NCBI GenBank assembly: GCA_965207885.1
Contig: OZ242311.1
Coordinates: forward strand, 3,296,001 to 3,360,000
DNA from: Candidatus Latescibacterota bacterium
GTDB lineage: Bacteria; Latescibacterota; UBA2968
Length of the DNA stretch: 64,000 bases
Direction of reading: 5' to 3'
The notes beneath the pieces are model-generated. The model was not told the DNA's origin. It saw only the letters and a list, made by a program, of their open reading frames with translations, and did no database searches. Position numbers and translations under genes: made by a program. Position 1 is the first letter of the stretch, and each line of letters starts with the position of its first letter. Positions 39,386 through 47,189 of this stretch are shown in pieces.

Positions 39386-40660
39386 CTATCCATCGGGAAT
39401 GCGCTTGCCCTGCGGATCAATTGCGATATTGGGCAATGCCGCTCGCATTTCTTCCCGCAAATGGTCATCCGTAAAGTGTTCCAGCGCGTCGGCGGGGGCG
39501 TGTACATGATCTGGCGGAAGCCCCAGTTGGTTCAAGTAGGACTCCCAAAGCCTGTGATTGCGGAGCAATCTGGTCGCGTGTACAACGCCTTGTTCCCCCA
39601 GCGAAAAATGCCCATTTTCCCGCTTGATCAGCCCTTGCCACATCAACGACCGAATCGCAATGCTAGACACCCAACGCGTAGCCGTATCGACCAGATCGCC
39701 CCAACTGAGCGCAGAGATGCGCTGCGATTCTCGCTCGCGGAGCAATTTCAACAAGACGTGATCTCGCGCAACCCTCAGAGAGAGCCGCACCTGCCGCACA
39801 AATCGCCCCAACAACCCATAGTGGGGTGCAAAAATCAGGGAAAGCGCGAACAGCACACCCATAACCACGACCATAGCCCCGGCAATAGAGCTATTCCAAA
39901 CCCCTGCGAGAAAATATCCGGCTATTGCGGAAATAACGCCCATCAAAGCAGACAACATCAAAATGACTTTTAACCGATCGCTCCACAAATAAGCCGAAGC
40001 GCCGGGAACAATCAGCATTGCCACAACGAGGATAGCCCCTACGGACTCAAATGCGGCTACTGTTGTGACGGAAACAGCTCCCATCAGCATATAATGTACC
40101 AGCGTGGCACTCACGCCCACAGAAAGCGCCATCTCGGCATCGAAAGACGCGATCAAAAGCTCTTTGTAGAACACCAGAACAAGCGCGATATTAAGCGCAA
40201 AGACCGTTCCGAGAATCCAGACTGGACGCGGTCCCAAGTCCCATTCTCCCCAGAACAGGCGATCCCAGGGCGTGTACGCGATCTCTCCGTAAAGGACGCA
40301 TTCCTGATCGAGATCGACCTGCCCGGCGAATGCCGTGATCAAAACAACCCCCAGCGCGAAAAGCGCTGTAAAAGTAATGCCTATCGATGAATCTTCTTGC
40401 ACGCGCCACCTGCGGTGAAATGTCTCAATCAACACCGTGGCAATCACCCCACATATAGCAGCACCAATAAACATCGGAATCACATCGCGACTGCCCGAAA
40501 GCAGAAACGCAATAACAATGCCCGGCAAAACAGCATGGCTTAGCGCATCGCCCAAAAGCGACATCTTGCGCAACACGAGATAGGCGCCCAATAAACCGCA
40601 CGATGCCCCGGCCAGCGCGCCTGCAAGCACAATCCAAAATGGTCCCCAAAACTCATCCAT
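39386..40660 (-). CDS. Mn/Zn/Fe ABC permease (TroD/MntD-like) fused to a DtxR-type domain
   Basis: GDALSHAVLPG, VDLDQECVLYGE, AFESVGAILV; C-terminal RNHRLWESYL..HVHAPADALEH..DPQGKRIP. Confidence 0.9.
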   Translation of the reverse strand: MDEFWGPFWIVLAGALAGASCGLLGAYLVLRKMSLLGDALSHAVLPGIVIAFLLSGSRDVIPMFIGAAICGVIATVLIETFHRRWRVQEDSSIGITFTALFALGVVLITAFAGQVDLDQECVLYGEIAYTPWDRLFWGEWDLGPRPVWILGTVFALNIALVLVFYKELLIASFDAEMALSVGVSATLVHYMLMGAVSVTTVAAFESVGAILVVAMLIVPGASAYLWSDRLKVILMLSALMGVISAIAGYFLAGVWNSSIAGAMVVVMGVLFALSLIFAPHYGLLGRFVRQVRLSLRVARDHVLLKLLRERESQRISALSWGDLVDTATRWVSSIAIRSLMWQGLIKRENGHFSLGEQGVVHATRLLRNHRLWESYLNQLGLPPDHVHAPADALEHFTDDHLREEMRAALPNIAIDPQGKRIPDG

Positions 40661-41966
40661 CTTCGCCGGTCCTCCGATAGCCACTGTGTGTTTTGTGGAT
40701 ATCTCCAACAACATCTATACCTTCTTGTGCCAGAATCAGTTCAAGCTGTTCAATAATCTCAGGCGTTAGAATGTGTTCGACCTCATCGGCGGATCTATCC
40801 ACGTGATCCACCTCCAGGATAGACCGATAAACCAGATAATATTCCCATAGCTGATGGGACTTTACCACAAAATTCGCCTCTTTGTGTCCCCGTTCCGTCA
40901 AAGAACATGCACCATTATGCGTGTTCACCCATCCATCACGGCCGAGACGCTTTGCAATTCGACGCACGCGGTAAAGCGGCAGCTGAAGCTCATTGGCGAG
41001 GTCCGCCAACACGACCTCCCGCTTATCCCGTACCTGCAGCGCGAGATATGCCCGCAAAAAATGCTGACCGTTCTCCCGCAAAACATTTGCCCTGAGCCGT
41101 GCCCACCTGGCGAGCACTCCACGCCTGGGGGCAATCAGCACAGAAACGAGAAATGCAGCCGTTGCAACCAGCACCATCACTGGACCTGTTGGGATTCGGG
41201 GTGCCAGCGCACTCAGACCAACGCCCAGCGCGCCGCATAACGCACCCAAAATACCCGACACCAGCACCATCACATGCAGCCGATCTGTCCAAAACCGCGC
41301 AGCAGCAGCGGGGGTAATCAACATCGCAGCAATGAGAATAACTCCCACAGCCTGAAGCCCCACCATAACGGTAAGCACGATCAACCCCATTAGCAAAAGA
41401 TCGACCACACGCTGGGAAAATCCCAGTGAAGATAGAAACTCCGGATCAAAAATGAGTCCCTTAAACTCCTTGAAAAAAAGAAAAACCGCAACCATAACCA
41501 GCGCAGACACAATGCACATCACATACAGATCAGCGCGCACGATGGAAGCTGCCTGCCCAAAAAGAAACTTATCCAGACCACTTTGATTGCCCACCTCGCT
41601 TTGCTGAATATGCGTGAGCAACACAATACCCCCGCCAAAAAAGACCGAAAGCACAATGCCCAGCGCAGCGTCTGCTTTGATGCGCGTGTAATAGACAATG
41701 GCTTCGATAATAAGCACCCCCACCACACCGGAAATTGTCGCTCCCAAAAGCAGAATGGGCAATGCTTTGCTCTGTGACCACAGAAATGCCAGCGCAACGC
41801 CCGGAAGTGCTGCATGTGCCAGCGCATCGCCCAATAGGCTGCGCCGGCGCAATACGGCAAATGCACCCAGTGTGCCCGATGTTGCCCCGATCAATAGCGA
41901 ACCGAGCAAAACCAGTTGAAATGTCGCGTCCCAAATCACCTCATAAGCCTCGCTGGTGATGGGCAA
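40653..41966 (-). CDS. Mn/Zn/Fe ABC permease (TroC/MntC-like) fused to a DtxR-type domain
   Basis: GDALAHAALPG, LFGQAA, LQAVGVIL; C-terminal wHTH plus HQLWEYYL..HVDRSADEVEH. Confidence 0.9.
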   Translation of the reverse strand: MPITSEAYEVIWDATFQLVLLGSLLIGATSGTLGAFAVLRRRSLLGDALAHAALPGVALAFLWSQSKALPILLLGATISGVVGVLIIEAIVYYTRIKADAALGIVLSVFFGGGIVLLTHIQQSEVGNQSGLDKFLFGQAASIVRADLYVMCIVSALVMVAVFLFFKEFKGLIFDPEFLSSLGFSQRVVDLLLMGLIVLTVMVGLQAVGVILIAAMLITPAAAARFWTDRLHVMVLVSGILGALCGALGVGLSALAPRIPTGPVMVLVATAAFLVSVLIAPRRGVLARWARLRANVLRENGQHFLRAYLALQVRDKREVVLADLANELQLPLYRVRRIAKRLGRDGWVNTHNGACSLTERGHKEANFVVKSHQLWEYYLVYRSILEVDHVDRSADEVEHILTPEIIEQLELILAQEGIDVVGDIHKTHSGYRRTGEDG

Positions 41967-42726
41967 CAGCCTGTGCGGCTTCGGAAAGCACCGTCAACCG
42001 TCCGCCGTAAGTTTTGTTCAAATTATCTTCTGTGAACACACCTTCCGTCTCACCCGCGGCAACGATCCGCATATTGATCAAAACCAGCCAGTCAAAATAC
42101 TGATGCACCGTGTGCAAATCGTGATGTACAACCAGCATGGTCTTTTTTCGCGCCCTCAAATCCATCAAAATGTCTATAATGGCGCGTTCGGTCGCCGCAT
42201 CCACGCCGGCAAAGGGTTCGTCCATCAAATAAATTTGTGCATCTTGAGCCAGAGCGCGTGCCAGGAAAACCCGCTGTTGTTGGCCCCCCGAAAGCTGATT
42301 GATCTGCCGATGCCCAAAATCGGTCATACCGACCTTTTCAAGTGCTTCCTCAGCCAGTTCTCTGTCAATTTTATCCGGACGCCTCACCCAACCAACGTGG
42401 CCATAACGTCCCATCAGCACCACATCTAAGGCATTGATGGGAAAATCCCAATCCACTGACTCGCGTTGTGGCACATAGCCAATGGCCTGACGCATGCGCG
42501 AATAGGGCTTGCCGTAGATGCGGACCCACCCCGAAGCCTTGGGCACGAGATCCATAATGGCTTTGATCATCGTGCTCTTGCCCGCGCCATTTGGACCCAC
42601 AACCCCCACGAGTTTGCCTTCTGGCACCGCGAGATCCACATCCCAAAGAACGGGTTTCTTGTGATACGCCACCGTCATATCGTGAATATGAATGGGCGTC
42701 ACCGATTCATCAACTGCGTGTAACAT
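41941..42726 (-). CDS. Metal ABC transporter ATP-binding protein (TroB/MntB-like)
   Basis: GPNGAGKST, YVPQRESVDWDFP, LSGGQQQR, MDEPF, VHHDL. Confidence 0.95.
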   Translation of the reverse strand: MLHAVDESVTPIHIHDMTVAYHKKPVLWDVDLAVPEGKLVGVVGPNGAGKSTMIKAIMDLVPKASGWVRIYGKPYSRMRQAIGYVPQRESVDWDFPINALDVVLMGRYGHVGWVRRPDKIDRELAEEALEKVGMTDFGHRQINQLSGGQQQRVFLARALAQDAQIYLMDEPFAGVDAATERAIIDILMDLRARKKTMLVVHHDLHTVHQYFDWLVLINMRIVAAGETEGVFTEDNLNKTYGGRLTVLSEAAQAVAHHQRGL

Positions 42727-43643
42727 TATTTTAGTGCCTCGACAATTGTGTTCACATTTGACCTTACCATGCCGATGTACGTATCGGCCCCACTGCCCGC
42801 AGGTCCCATCGCGTCGGAATACAGAGTTCCACCAATTGCGACATCCCACCCTCGCGCCTTGCAACCCTCGCGCACGGCATTGATCGAACGCTCGGGTACA
42901 CTGCTTTCCACAAAAATGGCTTTTACCCGCCGTTTGACGATAAAATCTACCAGCAGAGACACATCGTTGACGCCGTATTCGGCCACAGTCGAAATTCCCT
43001 GAAGCCCGCGCACTTCAATGCCGTAAGCAAGACCAAAATATCCAAAGGCGTCGTGTGCTGTAATCAACACGCGCTGGTCGCTGGGAATGCGCCCAATCTG
43101 CGCTTTTGCCCAGGCGTCGAGATCGAGCAATTGCTTGCGATACGCCTCGGCATTGGCGCGAAACACACCTGCACCATCGGCGTCACGCCCGCTCAGCGTC
43201 TGGACAACTACGGACAAGGTCTCTGCCCACATGCTGACGTCAAACCAGATATGTGGATCGTGCTCCCCTTGTCCAGCAACCGGTTTCCGCAGCCTCTCTT
43301 TGGGAATATCCCGCGATACTGGAATCACCGTCTTGCTGCTGCGCGCCATCTTTTCAAAAATACCTTCCAGCTTGCCTTCCAGAAAGAGACCATTGTAAAA
43401 TATCACATCCGCTCGAGACAGTTTCTGCAAATCGCCCTGCGTCGCCTTGTAATAATGCGGGTCAATTCCAGGCCCCATCAGGGAAATCACCTCAGCGCGA
43501 TCCCCTGCAACATGGCGCACCAGATCGCCGACCATTCCGGTCGTACACACCACCAGCTGTTTGTCCTGTTCAACCGGCGGCGTTTCGCCTCCGCCACACG
43601 CGCACAGCAATAAAACACCAGCCATAATGAAAAATCTATACAT
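42726..43643 (-). CDS. Metal ABC transporter substrate-binding lipoprotein (TroA/MntA-like)
   Basis: Lipobox LCAC; DPHYY, DPHIWF, TAHDAFGYF, LYSD metal ligands. Confidence 0.95.
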   Translation of the reverse strand: MYRFFIMAGVLLLCACGGGETPPVEQDKQLVVCTTGMVGDLVRHVAGDRAEVISLMGPGIDPHYYKATQGDLQKLSRADVIFYNGLFLEGKLEGIFEKMARSSKTVIPVSRDIPKERLRKPVAGQGEHDPHIWFDVSMWAETLSVVVQTLSGRDADGAGVFRANAEAYRKQLLDLDAWAKAQIGRIPSDQRVLITAHDAFGYFGLAYGIEVRGLQGISTVAEYGVNDVSLLVDFIVKRRVKAIFVESSVPERSINAVREGCKARGWDVAIGGTLYSDAMGPAGSGADTYIGMVRSNVNTIVEALK

Positions 43644-43697
43644 ATACCCTCCATTATATATGCCTACAACAATTCTTATATTGCTGCTAAAATAAAA

Positions 43698-43740
43698 TTT
43701 AGTCAGAGCTAAAAATATAAAAATCAGGGGATATGGTCAA
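43698..43740 (-). promoter_or_regulatory. troA promoter with DtxR/MntR-type operator
   Basis: TTGACC-N17-TATTTT overlapped at its 3' end by the palindrome TTTAG-TCAGAG-CTAAA (43698-43713). Confidence 0.7.
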
Positions 43741-43746
43741 GAAAAG

Positions 43747-43780
43747 AAAAAACCCTCAATCCATAGATTGAAGGGTTTTT
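43747..43780 (-). terminator. Intrinsic terminator after the feo operon
   Basis: AAAAACCCT-CAATC..GATTG-AAGGGTTTTT. Confidence 0.7.
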
Positions 43781-43810
43781 ATACAAAACGAAACTCCCGT
43801 ATTTCCCTAA

Positions 43811-43960
43811 TTATTCAATCTCTATCAAACCCTCGCGCTTTGCTTCCCCGCCACAGCCGGAACAAGACGAAGTCAAAAACGGCCTTACGACCTCACCAAT
43901 AACGCGATAGGCACACCAGAGTGCCACTGCAACCGCGATCCAATTTTGCCAGTCGGTCAT
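43811..43960 (-). CDS. FeoB-associated Cys-rich small membrane protein (49 aa)
   Basis: Not in the ORF track: MTDWQNWIAVAVALWCAYRVIGEVVRPFLTSSCSGCGGEAKREGLIEIE; one TM plus CSGC, 4 nt after the feoB stop. Confidence 0.8.
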   Translation of the reverse strand: MTDWQNWIAVAVALWCAYRVIGEVVRPFLTSSCSGCGGEAKREGLIEIE

Positions 43961-43964
43961 ACCA

Positions 43965-46145
43965 TTACCCCCATCCGAGCGCCATTCCGAGGCGATAAGT
44001 CACAAATGCGCCGATATAGGCGAGCACCGTCATATAAATAAAAGTCAGCACGGGCCACCGCCAGGCCCCCGTTTCGCGTTGAATGACTGCAAGTGTGGAA
44101 ACGCACTGCGCGCACAGTGCAAAAAATACCATAATAGACAGTGCGACCGGGATATTAAACACCTTTCGTCCATCAGACCAGGTCGCAGACCGAAGCGCGT
44201 CTCTAAGCGACGCCGATTCCTCATCTACCTCTCCCAGACTATAAATGGTCCCCAGAACAGCGACAATTACTTCCCTTGCAGGGAAAGATGCCAGTGCCGC
44301 CATCCCAATCCGCCAATCCCATCCCAATGGCTCTACGACGGGTTCAACAGCATGTCCCATCCGCCCCAGAAAACTCTGCTGGAGCATCTCGCCAGCCTCT
44401 TTCGCGCGCAAATCATCCAAAACCTCCTCCGATGCCCCAACTAATCGCTCGCGCTCAGCCTCGTAATGTTCGGCAATTGTTTCAGACCTCGGGAAATACG
44501 CCAGTGCCCACATCACAATCGTCGCGGCGAGAATCAATGTGCCAGCTCTTTCGAGAAAATGCCTCGCACTTTGATAAATACGCATCCCAACAGTGCCCAC
44601 ATCTGGTATTTTGTAAGACGGCAACTCGAGCAAAAAAGGCGTGGGCTGCCCTCTCAACAGCGTCTTTTTTAAAATCCACGCAATGGGAATAGCCACAACA
44701 ATACCAACGCAGTACAGCGCGAAAAGCGTAAGCCCCTGCAACCCAATCCCCCCCCAAACATCTCGGGCGGGAATAAAAGCCCCAATAAAAATCGCGTACA
44801 CCGGCAAACGCGCAGAGCAACTCATCAACGGCGCAACCAGCATCGTGGCAATGCGATCTTTGGGGTCATTGATAGTCCGCGTAGCCATCACACCCGGAAT
44901 CGCACAGGCAAAACTCGACAACAGGGGAATAAAAGACTTCCCCGACAAACCACACGGCGTTAACAGGCGATCCATCAACAGCGCCGCGCGGGCCATATAT
45001 CCACAATCTTCCAGTATGGCAATAAAGAGGAACAGAATACAAATCTGGGGCAAAAAAATGACCACGCCTCCCACTCCGGCAATCACCCCATCCACCACCA
45101 TACTTTGCAGCGCTCCTTCAGGCAGATAGCCCGAAGCCCATCCTCCGACCGTCCCAAACAACGCGTCAATACCATCCATTAAAGGCACGGCCCACGAAAA
45201 AATCGATTGAAATACAAAGGCCATAATCACAGCAAAACTCAGGCTACCCCATAGCGGATGGGTCAAAATCCGATCCAGTTGATCAGAACGGGTCACGCGA
45301 AGTGGTTCGGGATCGCGCAACACATCATCGAGGACTTCGTCGATCCATCTATAGCGCCATTCGATCTCTCGATTCGCCAGTGCATCATCCGCATTAATCT
45401 GTGCTCGCAACGCGTGAAGGTCGGCGGCAAAGTCATCGCCAAAGCGTTCCACGACACGGGATGCAAAGGCGTTCTGATTATCAACCAACACACGCAACGC
45501 CAGCCCCGTAGATACACCTTCGTATTTTCGCGCCAACTGATCGGCTTCTACCCACCAGGATTGCGGCGATATCGGGCTGCGCGAGGGAACCCTGCCCTTT
45601 TCAACAACCCGAGAAAGGGCTTCTTTCAATTCATCAAGTCCCACGCGTTTATTGGCCTGTATGGGAATAACAGGAACGCCCAAACGCTCGCTCAGAGCAG
45701 GTGCATCAATAACAATGCCCCTGGCTTTGGCCACATCTAACATATTGAGGGCAACAACCAGGGGCAAATCAATTTCGAGAAGTTGAGATACGACGTATAA
45801 ACTGCGCCTCAAATTGCTGGCGTCGAGAACCACGAGCACAGCTTGAATGGTACTCTCGCTCTCCAACAACCCCATCAGTGCTTCAACAGCAATAAGCTCA
45901 TCTGGAGACTTGGCTGAAAGGCTGTATGTACCGGGCAAATCCAGCAGGTCAACCGCACCCGCGTTGGGCAATGTCAATTGTCCGACCTTGCGTTCAACCG
46001 TAACGCCGGGAAAATTTCCCACGCGCTGCGAAAGCCCCGTCAGGGCATTAAAAAGCGTTGTCTTACCCGTATTGGGATTGCCAACCACAGCGACCGTGGC
46101 ACGACCCACATAAGGTCGCTCTCGATTCGCTATATTCATTGCCAT
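43965..46145 (-). CDS. feoB: Ferrous iron transporter B
   Basis: GNPNTGKT, GNFPGVTVE, DLPGTYSL, NMLD, EDCGYM, MSCSARLP gate motifs. Confidence 0.97.
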   Translation of the reverse strand: MAMNIANRERPYVGRATVAVVGNPNTGKTTLFNALTGLSQRVGNFPGVTVERKVGQLTLPNAGAVDLLDLPGTYSLSAKSPDELIAVEALMGLLESESTIQAVLVVLDASNLRRSLYVVSQLLEIDLPLVVALNMLDVAKARGIVIDAPALSERLGVPVIPIQANKRVGLDELKEALSRVVEKGRVPSRSPISPQSWWVEADQLARKYEGVSTGLALRVLVDNQNAFASRVVERFGDDFAADLHALRAQINADDALANREIEWRYRWIDEVLDDVLRDPEPLRVTRSDQLDRILTHPLWGSLSFAVIMAFVFQSIFSWAVPLMDGIDALFGTVGGWASGYLPEGALQSMVVDGVIAGVGGVVIFLPQICILFLFIAILEDCGYMARAALLMDRLLTPCGLSGKSFIPLLSSFACAIPGVMATRTINDPKDRIATMLVAPLMSCSARLPVYAIFIGAFIPARDVWGGIGLQGLTLFALYCVGIVVAIPIAWILKKTLLRGQPTPFLLELPSYKIPDVGTVGMRIYQSARHFLERAGTLILAATIVMWALAYFPRSETIAEHYEAERERLVGASEEVLDDLRAKEAGEMLQQSFLGRMGHAVEPVVEPLGWDWRIGMAALASFPAREVIVAVLGTIYSLGEVDEESASLRDALRSATWSDGRKVFNIPVALSIMVFFALCAQCVSTLAVIQRETGAWRWPVLTFIYMTVLAYIGAFVTYRLGMALGWG

Positions 46146-46151
46146 AATAAA

Positions 46152-46394
46152 TCAGGCCGCTTTCATTCCTTTGATGCATGCAGCATCGGTTTTTCGCAAG
46201 CAAAATCTGCTGCTACCCACCTGAATGACCACAGTGCGCCCAACGCGCAACACGCGCACCGGGACACCTGGTATAGCACCCACCTCACGCAGTCGGGCCG
46301 CCAGTTGATTGGCTCCTGAAATGCCTTCAATAGTACCTTCATCACCCCGGCCCCATATTGAAAGTGGGGTTGCAGCATCCGTCGCATAAGCCAT
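46152..46394 (-). CDS. feoA: Ferrous iron transport protein A
   Basis: RLREVGAIPG.PVRV SH3-like motif, upstream of feoB. Confidence 0.88.
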   Translation of the reverse strand: MAYATDAATPLSIWGRGDEGTIEGISGANQLAARLREVGAIPGVPVRVLRVGRTVVIQVGSSRFCLRKTDAACIKGMKAA

Positions 46395-46918
46395 TATTGA
46401 GACTCCAAATTGAATAATTGATCAACATCCTGAACGGGCCACTGCCACTCTTCATCCTGATCCAACCTGGACCAGAATTCAGAGAGAAATTGTCGCGCAG
46501 TGGGATCATCGGAGAGCAAAAAGCGCACAAAATGCAGCAATTGCCCACCAGTTTGCGCGCTTAAAAGATGCTCGACCTTGCACGCATCTACTTCGGCTTG
46601 ATGCTCGTCGAGCTTGAGCACCTCATTGAGAAATTTGCGAACAACAGCGCGTTTGGCTAAAATAGAATCGACAATGCGGCGGCCATCTTCGGATAATTTC
46701 AAAAATTTATTGTGATCTTCCACAACCAGCCCGCGCGCCTTGAGGGCTTTGAGCGTCAGCGAAGCACTACCCCGGGTAATCTCCAGCGCACGCGCCACAT
46801 CCGAAACCCGCGCATAGCCCAGATCGCCCATCAACTCGTGAATGGCAGTTAGATGATGGGCAACACTGTGGGAAATCTCGTTGCTCTCGTATTCTTTCCA
46901 TACATCCGATGCCATCAT
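46394..46918 (-). CDS. Short DtxR/MntR family regulator (no FeoA domain)
   Basis: ARVSDVARALEITRGSASLTL HTH, AEVDACKVEH. Confidence 0.88.
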   Translation of the reverse strand: MMASDVWKEYESNEISHSVAHHLTAIHELMGDLGYARVSDVARALEITRGSASLTLKALKARGLVVEDHNKFLKLSEDGRRIVDSILAKRAVVRKFLNEVLKLDEHQAEVDACKVEHLLSAQTGGQLLHFVRFLLSDDPTARQFLSEFWSRLDQDEEWQWPVQDVDQLFNLESQ

Positions 46919-46951
46919 AATGCCCCCTCATGCGTTTAGCCATTTAACCAA

Positions 46952-47008
46952 TGTTTTGCTAATAAAACAACTGATAGAAACATAAACCAAACGCACTCGC
47001 TCTGTCAA
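46952..47008 (-). promoter_or_regulatory. feo operon promoter and palindromic operator
   Basis: TTGACA-N18-TATGTT, then TGTTTT-N6-AAAACA (46952-46969). Confidence 0.55.
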
Positions 47009-47020
47009 GGTATTTTTTGG

Positions 47021-47130
47021 GTGAGACGCAATACGCGAGATGTGAGACAAGACACCCGCGTGAACTGGCCTGAGAGTCGGCTAATTGTCCACCATTTCTC
47101 GCCTCACACTTCATCCTTCTCCCTTGACAT
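47021..47130. repeat. 33-bp dispersed hairpin element (47061-47093) flanked by degenerate inverted heptamer arrays
   Basis: 28/33 identity to 63438-63470; GTGAGAC-type heptamers on the left, CTCACAC-type on the right. Confidence 0.6.
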
Positions 47131-47189
47131 CTCTTTTTTTTATCCTTATACCTCTTATCCCTAAACCGACTTATCAAAGGACACAACAC

